Part shown: positions 1 through 9,494 of the stretch, piece after piece | How positions within the stretch are numbered: the stretch's first letter is position 1 | Layout: each line of letters begins with the position of its first letter | NCBI GenBank assembly: GCA_943355005.1 | Contig: CALRDV010000003.1 | Location: 8,590 to 72,589, forward strand | DNA from: Patescibacteria group bacterium | Lineage (GTDB): Bacteria; Patescibacteriota; Microgenomatia; UBA1400; MFAQ01 | DNA: 64,000 nt | Reading direction: 5' to 3' | The notes under the pieces: generated by a model | Told to the model about the DNA's origin: nothing | Databases searched by the model: none | The model's input: the letters and a program-made list of their open reading frames with translations, nothing else | Translations under genes and position numbers: made by a program

Positions 1-1351
1 CGCAGAGATAAACGATGTCAGTATCAATGGCTTCCAGACCGGCTAAAATTTGTTCGAACATGGCAAGATAGCCTCTTTCCAAATCCAGAATAATATTTTC
101 TCCAAAATCTGTAGGCGCAAGAGAAACACTCACAATTTTTTTACCTTCGGCCGCTTTTCTAAGTTGTCTTTGGCAAATGTTCATAAGAGCAGGCTCTATT
201 TGATTGTCGGTGTAGTAAACGATGCCGACAGTCGGTGGAGACTTAACTATTGATACTGAGGGGGTTTCAAGTGGGGGTTCGATTTCTTCTGTTTTTTCTG
301 AACGAACAGAAGTGGAGCTAGATGGTGGAAAAAGTTGTATAGATTCCGATTCTGTGCCGAGAATAGTGGAAGTAACACTGGGAGTGATAGTGTTACTGGG
401 AACGATGGAGGAAACAGAGTGGTCTTCGGCTTTTAATTTGTCTAAAGCTTCTTGAGTCCAGCCCGGGACCGGCATGAATTTTTCAACTAGCCAAGATAAA
501 GGTTTAATCTGTTTTTCCCAAGTGCCTTTGAAAAATAAATCACGGGCAGTTTTCTTGGCATTACTAACAGCACTGCCTGAAAGGGGATATGGAAAACCAA
601 AGTCTCCGCCTTGCGTGCGGAACATATGGCCATACCAAGTCTTGTGATTTACGACGACTCTTCCTCCGGATAGCCACGTTTTGACAGCTACTTCGATGCC
701 TTGCGACCCCCAACTTCCAAAGTTTTCATCACAAATATTTAGCTCCCAGTATTTATCTCGCGTCATCATAAAACAGGAACCTTGAAGTGACATCGTTTCT
801 GTGATGTCGCCGGTACCTTCAGGTCTTTTTTTGAATTCATTGAAATATTGGAAGTGAGGTTCCGGGTCAAAACAATATGAAGTACTTTGTGGATTATTTT
901 TGGCAATCCAAACGACATCTCTAGTGGTTTCTTTACCACATTGGGAACACACACCACTTGGTCCTTGATAGCGAGAATGGCCATCTGAACAAACCCAATT
1001 GAAAGCGTGCAGATTTCGCATCACGGGGACCATGGTCCAGTCGTCGTGCATTTCCTTGATCATCTTGACGTCAAACCCTTTGTCAAAAGCACAATGGGCA
1101 TCGGCCTTCATCACGTATTTGGCTTTGGAAAGACGACAAAGTTGATTGGTCATACCTCTCTGACCAATTGATTCAGTGACGTGGAAAATAGTAACTCTAG
1201 GATGATCTTTGATTACCGGCTCAGCCCAGGCGCCATCTAGTCCGATTATGACTTCCGTGTTCCCCTCAATATTATCTAAAATATCTTGGACTGTACGAGC
1301 AAGAAACATTTCGTTTCTGGCGGGAATAAGGATACTTAAGTCGTAGGTCAT
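1..1351 (-). CDS. Two-domain glycosyltransferase (N-terminal GT2, Ser/Thr/Pro linker, second GT-A-like domain); 3' end runs off the window
   Basis: Not in the ORF track because no stop lies in the window. Manual translation from the ATG at 1351, which overlaps the upstream TGA: MTYDLSILIPARNEMFLARTVQDIL...YVMKADAHC...GYLAMFEQILAGLEAIDTDIVYLC. Paralog of 11035..12615. Confidence 0.85.
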   Translation of the reverse strand, partial: MTYDLSILIPARNEMFLARTVQDILDNIEGNTEVIIGLDGAWAEPVIKDHPRVTIFHVTESIGQRGMTNQLCRLSKAKYVMKADAHCAFDKGFDVKMIKEMHDDWTMVPVMRNLHAFNWVCSDGHSRYQGPSGVCSQCGKETTRDVVWIAKNNPQSTSYCFDPEPHFQYFNEFKKRPEGTGDITETMSLQGSCFMMTRDKYWELNICDENFGSWGSQGIEVAVKTWLSGGRVVVNHKTWYGHMFRTQGGDFGFPYPLSGSAVSNAKKTARDLFFKGTWEKQIKPLSWLVEKFMPVPGWTQEALDKLKAEDHSVSSIVPSNTITPSVTSTILGTESESIQLFPPSSSTSVRSEKTEEIEPPLETPSVSIVKSPPTVGIVYYTDNQIEPALMNICQRQLRKAAEGKKIVSVSLAPTDFGENIILDLERGYLAMFEQILAGLEAIDTDIVYLC

Positions 1352-2307
1352 ATTTTTTTGTTTAAGTTTTGCTGCTTTTTTACTTTGGCAAGTAATTGTT
1401 TCGCGCGAGCAGAGGCAGTGTGATATTTATGTAACCAAGCGTGTCCAGCAAGCCGAATTTTATCAGTATATTCCGGATTAGACAAACAATACTTCAATTT
1501 TTCCATCATTTCTTCCGTAGTATCAAATAGGACAGCTGTTTTTCCATCTTCAAAAGCATGATCTAGCTTAATGGTGGTTCGTTGGGCAAGTAAAAGTGCT
1601 CCCATAGCGGGAACTTCGTAGTAGCGAACTGTATCTTGGCCGTAACCCCATAGAGATAAACCTATTTGAACACTTTTTAGGATTAGGCAGTATTGATCAT
1701 AACTTTTGTGGTAGTTATATGCATTTACTAAAGTGAGAAATGGTCTGCGGGTATCTGTCCATTTACCGGCCCAGAAGATTCTATTCTCTCTGGGTCCGGA
1801 AATATCTGAAGGACATAGAGAGTTTGAAAGTGAAAGTGATAATGGTTTGACAAAATCCGGATACTCGACATCGGGATGGTATTCTCTTTTGAAGTAAATT
1901 AATGGATTGGTAATGTCTATAGCTAGCTGTTCTAAATAAGTCATATCACAGCCGTCCACAAGAACGATGGGTGTGTTTTTTAGATTATTTTTGACGATGA
2001 TATCTAGTGCTTTGATGCTCGCTTCCAATGGATCTCGACGGACAGCATGGACTATGGCTCTGATAGGTCGAACCGCGGCAATGACGAGATCGTATTGACC
2101 GTTACGAAGAAGATCTAGTTTTTCGGCGTCGGTGCGGTTTACCGGGTATGTATAGCTAGATGGGTATCTCATCTCGATGTGTTCGTGAAGAAGAGGTTTG
2201 TGTGGGTAATCGTCGATATTTTCCGAACCTACAACTTGACACAAACCATCGAAAAGGGTATCGGTGTGGACATCTACAAAAGGTATCGTGTAAAAAAGTA
2301 TTTTCAC
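1348..2307 (-). CDS. Glycosyltransferase, CgeB/Glyco_trans_1_2-like
   Basis: C-terminal DTVRYYEVPAMGALLL...F.DG...IR.AG...HT...RA motif; paralog of 9491..10420. Confidence 0.75.
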   Translation of the reverse strand: MKILFYTIPFVDVHTDTLFDGLCQVVGSENIDDYPHKPLLHEHIEMRYPSSYTYPVNRTDAEKLDLLRNGQYDLVIAAVRPIRAIVHAVRRDPLEASIKALDIIVKNNLKNTPIVLVDGCDMTYLEQLAIDITNPLIYFKREYHPDVEYPDFVKPLSLSLSNSLCPSDISGPRENRIFWAGKWTDTRRPFLTLVNAYNYHKSYDQYCLILKSVQIGLSLWGYGQDTVRYYEVPAMGALLLAQRTTIKLDHAFEDGKTAVLFDTTEEMMEKLKYCLSNPEYTDKIRLAGHAWLHKYHTASARAKQLLAKVKKQQNLNKKI

Positions 2308-2810
2308 TTGATGCTAAATAAAGGCTTAATATTGCTAACGACTGCGACACAGGGAAATATCTTATCGTAGTGGTACCGATATTTGAAGAGTGTCCAAATT
2401 TTGGAGTAACGAAAGTGACGTTCCCATTCCGGTGACGTATTGTTGATAACCATATAGTCGCATTTATCTTTCAATTTTTCAATTTCAACTATGCGATGGC
2501 TGTTCGGAGAATGATCAATGAAAATTACACCCCAATGTTTTTGGTCAAAATCGGCTTTATCCCAGTCCGGACAAAAAACTATATGGTGGTACTGACTCTC
2601 AAAACTTTTGGTTCGATTAAACCAGCGTTCGCTGTTTTCGTATGTATATAACTGACGCTTCATGATATGAGCGAGATGGTGTAGTAAGAAGGTAGAAAAA
2701 TGTCCTGAGCCAATTTCCAAGATATCTCCTTCGGAGATATCAACAATTCTCGTCAGAAGAGGCATATGGACAGCAAATAGATCGTTGTTTTCTGGGCGTA
2801 TTTGTTCCAT
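2304..2810 (-). CDS. Class I SAM-dependent methyltransferase-like protein
   Basis: ILEIGSG motif I, acidic YE after strand 2, FIDH; paralog of 4777 and 5268. Confidence 0.65.
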   Translation of the reverse strand: MEQIRPENNDLFAVHMPLLTRIVDISEGDILEIGSGHFSTFLLHHLAHIMKRQLYTYENSERWFNRTKSFESQYHHIVFCPDWDKADFDQKHWGVIFIDHSPNSHRIVEIEKLKDKCDYMVINNTSPEWERHFRYSKIWTLFKYRYHYDKIFPCVAVVSNIKPLFSIK

Positions 2811-2822
2811 TTTATATATAAT

Positions 2823-3560
2823 TTAGGGTTTCAAAGGCTGAGTTTCTTGTGCCTGGCTGAGGTCATGGAATAATCCTTTGGGGTTGAAGTCTCCGGTGAC
2901 GTGATACCTAGCAATAGGGAACATGTATATAGCCGGCCCGACAGATATCTGAATACCGTTTTTGGCAGCGTAATGATTCCATTTTGAATTTAGATCGCTA
3001 TCCTCACCTTCGCGACTACCGGCATGACGGCCGAACAAACTTCTAGCTTCTAAGTTACCACCTAAGTCCCAGAAAGTAGATTTTTTCATGCAATATGTAT
3101 TGCCATGAACACTCGCATATAAACCTCTTCTGGTCTGAAGCCGTTCCATTTGCATACCGTATTCTTCTAGAATTTCTGGCTCTTGGGAAAGAGTGCCGTC
3201 TTCGAGTAGCACGGCAAAATAACGCGGGAATATCATCTTACTGCCCTCGTAATGGTAAGAGGCCATGATCGCTTCCTTGGACAAGATATGATCGATATCC
3301 GTACAAAGTATGTAGTCACCGGCGGCAAGCTTAACGCCGGCATTTCGGGCAATGCCCTGAGTCCAGGGACGTTTATCGTTGGTTTGGTGTAATTTTAAAT
3401 TCGGGAGATTGTAATCTTCTATCTTGTGAGGTGGGTTGCTACCATCATCAACAATTATAAATTCAATGTCGTCAGGTAAATCCATGGCTTTGAAATGCTT
3501 AACATTTCTGGCTACGGCACCGTGACTGTTGTAAACAGCAATGACGACAGATAATTTCAT
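2823..3560 (-). CDS. Glycosyltransferase family 2
   Basis: LSVVIAVYN, IIVDDGS, ARNAG, TDID (DxD). Confidence 0.85.
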   Translation of the reverse strand: MKLSVVIAVYNSHGAVARNVKHFKAMDLPDDIEFIIVDDGSNPPHKIEDYNLPNLKLHQTNDKRPWTQGIARNAGVKLAAGDYILCTDIDHILSKEAIMASYHYEGSKMIFPRYFAVLLEDGTLSQEPEILEEYGMQMERLQTRRGLYASVHGNTYCMKKSTFWDLGGNLEARSLFGRHAGSREGEDSDLNSKWNHYAAKNGIQISVGPAIYMFPIARYHVTGDFNPKGLFHDLSQAQETQPLKP

Positions 3561-4159
3561 AGTATTTTATCCATCCAGTAATGAGTTCTATTTAGTCCTC
3601 TTAATCGCCATTGGTCATATCTATCGACGGAATGAATTGGTATATGGAAAGCTTTTAATCTTTCGACGGTTTCAGCCTCTCTATATTGTTGAGAGACTAT
3701 TTTTCTGACATCGAAGTCTACCATGAGAGCGTCTACTTTCTCGAACTCTCCCGAGTCAATTAGGTCGTCCAAAATATCGCATTCGGAGCCTTCGCAGTTC
3801 ATTTTCATCACGATATAATCTGCTTTTTTCAGATTGTCTCTAAACCAGTCACTTGCTTTGACCATCTTGACACTTTTTTCGTTTACGTGATCGTCTATAA
3901 ACTTGTCTTTGTAGAGAGTGGCACCATCGGAATCACGGCCAACCTTCTTATTGGCATCGGTGTAAATGGAGGTGTTGCAAGTTTTGTTCCATAAGCCAAA
4001 TTCGCAAATTTCAATCTTGTTACTATTCAAAGCCTGGATGTCTTTACATAATTCTTTTTGGGGCTCAAAACAATAAATTTTGTCAAAGTGATGCTTGCTA
4101 GTAAGTACAGATTGAGCAGTGTCTCCTTTCCAAGCGCCAATATCTAAAAATATTTTCAT
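3557..4159 (-). CDS. FkbM-family methyltransferase
   Basis: FLDIGAWKG, CFEP, KMNCEGSE motifs. Confidence 0.8.
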   Translation of the reverse strand: MKIFLDIGAWKGDTAQSVLTSKHHFDKIYCFEPQKELCKDIQALNSNKIEICEFGLWNKTCNTSIYTDANKKVGRDSDGATLYKDKFIDDHVNEKSVKMVKASDWFRDNLKKADYIVMKMNCEGSECDILDDLIDSGEFEKVDALMVDFDVRKIVSQQYREAETVERLKAFHIPIHSVDRYDQWRLRGLNRTHYWMDKIL

Positions 4160-4162
4160 ACT

Positions 4163-4783
4163 TTATTTTACCCACATCCAGCTTTGGTGATGGTCACCGC
4201 TAATTATGAACCAGATGTTTCTGCCTTTGGTGTAGGTGTAGGCGTGAATGACATCTTTTACATTTACTTGGCATTTGGATTTGAAGCCACCACGGCGGTA
4301 ATCATGGCCGGAAATAATGCCACCGGGCTTTACTTTTTTACTCCAGTAGTGAATATCTTCGGCGACATGAATAAACTCATGATTGCCATCAATATAGACA
4401 AAGTCGAGTGATTCATCTTCAAAGTCTTTGACCGCGTCCATGCTAAATTTTTTAATCAGAGTACAGTCGTAATCCTTGGTTCTCTGTTTGGCTTCTTCAT
4501 AAATTTCGTCGTAGTATTTCTGGCCTCCGCTGACATCGTAATAGTCGGGGTATTCGATCCAAGGATCGACACCATATAGTTTAAGCCCTGGAATAGATTG
4601 CAATAATATTTGGGTGTATTCTCCTTTGAGGACACCAATTTCGACGCCGGTTTTGACGTCGAGTTCTTTGAGTAGAGTAGCCAGCCCACCTTCACCACGA
4701 CCCCCTGGTATGACAAAAGCCGGTTTTTGGGTAAAGTCAAAATGATATTTGTTTCCGATGTATTCTTGGGCGTTATTTAGCAT
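4163..4783 (-). CDS. Methyltransf_24-like class I SAM methyltransferase
   Basis: GVEIGV..G, GVDPW, LDFVYIDGNH, KVKPGGIISGHDY. Confidence 0.85.
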   Translation of the reverse strand: MLNNAQEYIGNKYHFDFTQKPAFVIPGGRGEGGLATLLKELDVKTGVEIGVLKGEYTQILLQSIPGLKLYGVDPWIEYPDYYDVSGGQKYYDEIYEEAKQRTKDYDCTLIKKFSMDAVKDFEDESLDFVYIDGNHEFIHVAEDIHYWSKKVKPGGIISGHDYRRGGFKSKCQVNVKDVIHAYTYTKGRNIWFIISGDHHQSWMWVK

Positions 4784-5271
4784 TTGAATTTTTCTAATGA
4801 ATAAAAATTACTTAGGACAGTGGTCCAAGGAACTACTTTATCGTAATCGTAACGATACTTGAAAAGGGGGTAGATACTATTGTAATTATGAATGTTCTCG
4901 TGCTGAGGTTCTGAATCATGAATAATGACGTAATCGGCGTGATCTTTTAGTCTGCCGGCATCGACAGCTCTTTGGAGGGCAGGATCGTGATCGATAAAGG
5001 CGAGACCCCAATGTCGGTCCAGCAGGGGAATATCATCCCAGTTTTTGACAAAAATTATATCGTGATAATCGGACTGTTTTCTTTTGGCAATATTGTACCA
5101 ATGTTCGTTGGCTTCATAAGATACCAATTTGCGATCAAACACTGCGCAGAGCCAGTCCAGTAGGGTAGAAGAAAAATAGCCGGTACCGATTTCGACAACA
5201 TCACCTTTGGAAATGTCAAAGGCTCTGGTTAAGACCGTGAGATGGGTAGCCCACATGGCGATTTTTTTCAT
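4777..5271 (-). CDS. Class I SAM-dependent methyltransferase-like protein
   Basis: VVEIGTG, WGLAFIDHDP, IIHDSE; tandem paralog of 5268..5762. Confidence 0.65.
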   Translation of the reverse strand: MKKIAMWATHLTVLTRAFDISKGDVVEIGTGYFSSTLLDWLCAVFDRKLVSYEANEHWYNIAKRKQSDYHDIIFVKNWDDIPLLDRHWGLAFIDHDPALQRAVDAGRLKDHADYVIIHDSEPQHENIHNYNSIYPLFKYRYDYDKVVPWTTVLSNFYSLEKFKC

Positions 5272-5762
5272 GATTCAAATTTGCTAAGTTCGTGAAAGTT
5301 ACTAAGGACACTGGTCCAAGGCTCAACTTTTTTGTGATCAAAACGATATTTGAAAAGAGAATAAATGCGAGGATAGTCATAGCCTTTTTCGGAGCGGGGC
5401 TCAGTGTCGTGGACAATAATGTAATCAGCTTTGTCTTTGAGTCTTTCAATAGTCACAGCCCTTTCTTTGTGAGGATCATGATCGACGAAGGCTAGGCCCC
5501 AATGTTTTTGATCCAGTGGGATGTCGGCCCATTTTTCCACAAAAAAGATGTCGTGATAATCGGATTGCATACGTTTGGCTCTTTCGTACCATTTGGGAGA
5601 AGTTTCGTAGGAAACGAGCTTACGTCCGGAAAAGGAACAGACCCAGTCCAAAAAAGTGGTGGAGAAAAAACCGGTGCCGACTTCCAGAATATCTCCGGAA
5701 GATAAATCGAAAGCTCTCGACAGAAGGGGAATGTGAGTAGCCATTTTGGCGAGATTTTTCAT
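5268..5762 (-). CDS. Class I SAM-dependent methyltransferase-like protein
   Basis: ILEVGTG, WGLAFVDHDP, IVHDTE. Confidence 0.65.
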   Translation of the reverse strand: MKNLAKMATHIPLLSRAFDLSSGDILEVGTGFFSTTFLDWVCSFSGRKLVSYETSPKWYERAKRMQSDYHDIFFVEKWADIPLDQKHWGLAFVDHDPHKERAVTIERLKDKADYIIVHDTEPRSEKGYDYPRIYSLFKYRFDHKKVEPWTSVLSNFHELSKFES

Positions 5763-5770
5763 AAGTTAAT

Positions 5771-6385
5771 TTAATTTTTTACCCACATCCAGCCGGTATC
5801 GTGAGCACCTTCCGGACCGTTCAAAATAAACCAAGGGCTGATTTTGTGAGATTTAGTCCATGCATCCACTACATCCGTGACATGTACGAATTCGTGTCTT
5901 CTGACACCATAGTCGTGACCGGAAACGATGCCACCTTTGCGAACTTTCTTGCTCCACTGAGCTATGTCATTCGTTACGGCTTCAAAGCGATGATCGCCGT
6001 CGATAAAAACAAAATCGAGCGATTCGTCTTCAAAATCTTTAACGGCGTCTAAACTCCATTTGCGAATGATGGTGCTGTTAGGATATTTGCTTAATCTATT
6101 TTTGGCGTCCTCATAGATGGCGGGATAATGCTTTGGCTTTCGGAAATCTTTATAAACCGGATAGTATTCCCAGGCGTCTATGGAAAAAATTTGCATAGCA
6201 GGATTTGATTGACAAAGAACTTCGGAATATACCCCTCCGAGCACGCCAATCTCGGCTCCACTCGTAAAACCAAGTTCTTTAAATAAGTCCGGGAGATCGG
6301 TCAAACGATTGCATGTAATGTTGGCAGGAGTGCACTCTTTGGGGTCGACATGAAATTTTTCGAAAATGTGTTTGATAGTGTCCAT
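5771..6385 (-). CDS. Methyltransf_24-like class I SAM methyltransferase
   Basis: GAEIGV, LDFVFIDGDH, KVRKGGIVSGHDY. Confidence 0.85.
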   Translation of the reverse strand: MDTIKHIFEKFHVDPKECTPANITCNRLTDLPDLFKELGFTSGAEIGVLGGVYSEVLCQSNPAMQIFSIDAWEYYPVYKDFRKPKHYPAIYEDAKNRLSKYPNSTIIRKWSLDAVKDFEDESLDFVFIDGDHRFEAVTNDIAQWSKKVRKGGIVSGHDYGVRRHEFVHVTDVVDAWTKSHKISPWFILNGPEGAHDTGWMWVKN

Positions 6386-6429
6386 AAATAATTTTGGCTA
6401 AGTATATATTAGTTACTAATGACTGTCTA

Positions 6430-7389
6430 TTATGATTTTAGGCCGTAGTATTTGCGCATCCAGTCGAGAGTTTTTTGAACTCCTGTTTTTAAATCAACTG
6501 TGTTTGTGAGGTGAAGATCCCTGATAGCTTTAGAGGAATCGACTTTTTTAATTTTGGTAGTTAAGACCTCACTTTCTTTGTAGGTGATCAGGAAGGGGTC
6601 TGCTTGGGTAAGATTCCAAATAATTTGAACCAAGTCTTCCATGGTGTGTTCTTGATCGCTGCCGATATTGTAGACTTCGCCATCTTTAAAGTTTTCAATA
6701 ATGTTGGCGAGAGTTTGGCAGGTATCCACAATATATGAAGAAGTGCGGATGTGACCTTGATAAACGACAATCGGCAAGTGGTGAAGGGCGGAGTAACAAA
6801 ATTTGGAATTGACACTACGATAGGCGTGGTACCACTCACCCGGTCCGTAGGTATTAAATAGGCGAACAATGACAGATTTGGTGCCATGCATGTGACGTGA
6901 GTTTTCAATTTGCATTTCGTTGACCCATTTACTCATGGCGTAATCATTGAGCTGCTTAATCTCTACATACTTCATAACTTCTTCGGCCATGATTCCGGGG
7001 TAATCACCGTAAACTTCCGAGCTGGAAAAATGGATAAGTTTAAAACCGGCTTGCTCTTGAAGTCGCAAGAGATGTTTGGTGCCAATTACATTAGTTTTCC
7101 AAAGCTGTTCGTAGTAGTCTTCACCATTCCACCTGCCAAATTCGGCGGCAGTATTGTAAACAAAATCAAAAGGACCGAAGCGGTGAAAATATCTTTCCAG
7201 CTGTCTAAACTCAGAAATATCACAGCGGGCATAGCTGGTAGGGGAGAAAAACATCTGATGTTCCCAGCCTGATTCTCTTGGATCATGAAAAATATCCAAG
7301 CCAAAAACCTCATGACCTTTTTCAATTAAGATATTGGTTAGCCATTTACCGACGACACCTTTGCTGCCGGTGATTAGTATTTTTGACAT
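6430..7389 (-). CDS. NAD-dependent nucleotide-sugar epimerase/dehydratase
   Basis: ILITGSKGVVG, SSSEVYG, YAMSK, RLFNTYGP. Confidence 0.9.
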   Translation of the reverse strand: MSKILITGSKGVVGKWLTNILIEKGHEVFGLDIFHDPRESGWEHQMFFSPTSYARCDISEFRQLERYFHRFGPFDFVYNTAAEFGRWNGEDYYEQLWKTNVIGTKHLLRLQEQAGFKLIHFSSSEVYGDYPGIMAEEVMKYVEIKQLNDYAMSKWVNEMQIENSRHMHGTKSVIVRLFNTYGPGEWYHAYRSVNSKFCYSALHHLPIVVYQGHIRTSSYIVDTCQTLANIIENFKDGEVYNIGSDQEHTMEDLVQIIWNLTQADPFLITYKESEVLTTKIKKVDSSKAIRDLHLTNTVDLKTGVQKTLDWMRKYYGLKS

Positions 7390-7401
7390 ATAATCTGAAT
7401 C

Positions 7402-8121
7402 ATGAAAGAACTAAGCATTTGTATGACACATATTAACAGAAAAAGGCAATTATTAAATACCTTGCGAAGTATTCAAATTCAGGAAAACGCCAAAGAGTTA
7501 ACGGAAATAATAATCGTAGATGATGTGAGTAAAGTGCCGCTGAAAATGAGTGATTTTAAAAATATTGATTTGGATATAAAACTCATAACTATACAAACAA
7601 AAAATAAATGGTGGGTAAACCCTTGTGTGGGCTTTAATACGGCTTTCAATTTTATTCATGGTACTAAGGTCATTATTCAAAACGCCGAGTGTCTTCACGC
7701 TACCAACGTGATTGATTATGTAATCAAGAATTTAAAAGAGAAGGAGTATGTCGCCATGAGTGCACTTGGTTTATCGGAGAAAGCGACCAAAGCCATTAAG
7801 ACGTCGACTAAAATTGAAAAAATTTCTAAAGAAGGATCGGAATGGTTGTGTCACAACCGTTACCGGCCAAGAGCATTTAATTTTTGTGCGGCAATAAACG
7901 CCGAAGATTTGCGAATAATTGGTGGTTTTGATAATCGGCTAAGTGAAGGGGTTTACTACGATGATGACATCTTGCTTCAGTCGATAAGGAAAAACAACAT
8001 CGAGATAAGAATCGAGGATTCACAAGTGGTTTATCACCAGTGGCATGAAAAGATTTGGCAAAATTTGGAAGATTACAAGGGTTTACGGGCTAAAAACAAA
8101 CTTCTGGCCAGATCGATTTAG
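7402..8121 (+). CDS. Glycosyltransferase family 2, opposite strand to the rest of the cluster
   Basis: IIIVDDVS, GGFD..L..G..YDDD, HQWH. Confidence 0.8.
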   Translation: MKELSICMTHINRKRQLLNTLRSIQIQENAKELTEIIIVDDVSKVPLKMSDFKNIDLDIKLITIQTKNKWWVNPCVGFNTAFNFIHGTKVIIQNAECLHATNVIDYVIKNLKEKEYVAMSALGLSEKATKAIKTSTKIEKISKEGSEWLCHNRYRPRAFNFCAAINAEDLRIIGGFDNRLSEGVYYDDDILLQSIRKNNIEIRIEDSQVVYHQWHEKIWQNLEDYKGLRAKNKLLARSI

Positions 8122-8798
8122 TTATAAATATTTTTGATCATGTGGTCGGCTGTGCCCCAGAAGGGAATTTCGTAGGCGCGGAGTTCGCCCATACGTTTAC
8201 GATTTCCTTGGAAACCATAACCAAGGGCGTCAGGATGTGAGAAGACCACACATGGGGTGGTGGCGGTATATTGTACGGTTTTTCTGACAGTGACTCCCAA
8301 AGCGCCTTCATATTTACCCAGTTCACCAAAGTAGGGGAGAGGAATCTTAGATTCGTCGGGGTATCTGGCAAATCTTTCTTCAAGGGCTTCTATCAGGAGT
8401 TTTCTGGGAGCGATCATGGTGGAGTTACTTATGCGATATTTAAGTGAATAGGTAGGGGGAGTGGTCCAAGAAAAGATGGACCATCTGGCCATATCATAGG
8501 CAAATTCGTCGGGCTTTGGCCGAAAATTAAAATGTTCAGGACTATATAGGGTGTCATCTTCCGCCATGGCGACAAAATCGGTAGTGGCGGCTTTGGCTCC
8601 AAGTAATATTTGCCGATAGATACTGGGCACTCCGCGAGGATAATCAACCACAATATTTTCGCCATAGGTCATGGGTTGATGAGAAATTGAGATGAGGGGG
8701 TAGTCACCTTTAGATCGCCAAAGAATTTCCCGAGCGTTAGTGGCAAAGGGTTCTTTGAGAACGTTGGCGGTGTAATACAAAACGGTAAGATCGATCAT
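8118..8798 (-). CDS. GT-A-fold glycosyltransferase-like protein
   Basis: LTVLYYTAN, QILLGAKAATT, AEDDTLY; close duplicate of 8808..9494. Confidence 0.6.
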   Translation of the reverse strand: MIDLTVLYYTANVLKEPFATNAREILWRSKGDYPLISISHQPMTYGENIVVDYPRGVPSIYRQILLGAKAATTDFVAMAEDDTLYSPEHFNFRPKPDEFAYDMARWSIFSWTTPPTYSLKYRISNSTMIAPRKLLIEALEERFARYPDESKIPLPYFGELGKYEGALGVTVRKTVQYTATTPCVVFSHPDALGYGFQGNRKRMGELRAYEIPFWGTADHMIKNIYN

Positions 8799-8807
8799 AA
8801 TAATTAT

Positions 8808-9494
8808 TTACGCTCCATAGATATTTTTGATCATGTCTTCGGCTTTACCCCAGTATGGAATGTCGTAGGCTTTAATTTCGCCTAAATTTTTGCGGCTACC
8901 TAGATATTCATAGCCAATGGCTTCGGGATGAGAGAAAACCACACAAGGGCAGGTAGAAGTATATTGAATTGTTTTTCGGACAGTGACACCTAGTCTGTTC
9001 TCGTATTTACCAAATTCACCCCAGGCACCCAGGGAAATTTTTGACTCATCCGGGTACCGGGCAAATCTCTCCTCAAGGGCTTCGATCAAGAGTTTTCTGG
9101 GGGCAATGAGGGTAGAGTTGCTTATGCGATATTTCATGGAATACATAGCCGGTCTAGTCCAAGAATATATGGACCATCTGGCCATATCATAGGCAAACGA
9201 GTCTGAAGGTGGGCGGTAAGCAAAATGATCTGGACAATATAAAGTATCGTCTTCGGCAAGGGCTACAAACTCGGTGGTGGCAGCTTTGGCACCCACTAAA
9301 ATTTGTTTGTAAATACTGAGATAGGCTCTAGGAAAATCTACCACAATATTTTGGCCATAATCCATAGGTTTTTGGGAAATAGAGATGAGTGGATATTCTT
9401 TTTTGGCTTTCCAAAGAATCTCTCTCGCATTGGAGGCAAAAGGTTCACGAAGGACATTGGCGGTATAGTAAAGAACTGTTAGGTCGATGATCAT
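8808..9494 (-). CDS. GT-A-fold glycosyltransferase-like protein
   Basis: Same motifs as 8118..8798 (AEDDTLY, YDMARWSI). Confidence 0.6.
   Translation of the reverse strand: MIIDLTVLYYTANVLREPFASNAREILWKAKKEYPLISISQKPMDYGQNIVVDFPRAYLSIYKQILVGAKAATTEFVALAEDDTLYCPDHFAYRPPSDSFAYDMARWSIYSWTRPAMYSMKYRISNSTLIAPRKLLIEALEERFARYPDESKISLGAWGEFGKYENRLGVTVRKTIQYTSTCPCVVFSHPEAIGYEYLGSRKNLGEIKAYDIPYWGKAEDMIKNIYGA

Noticed and set aside
50-984. Short ORFs 50..253, 222..455 and 766..984 in the track
   Set aside because: They are shadows of the minus-strand glycosyltransferase 1..1351, which the track missed because it has no stop in the window
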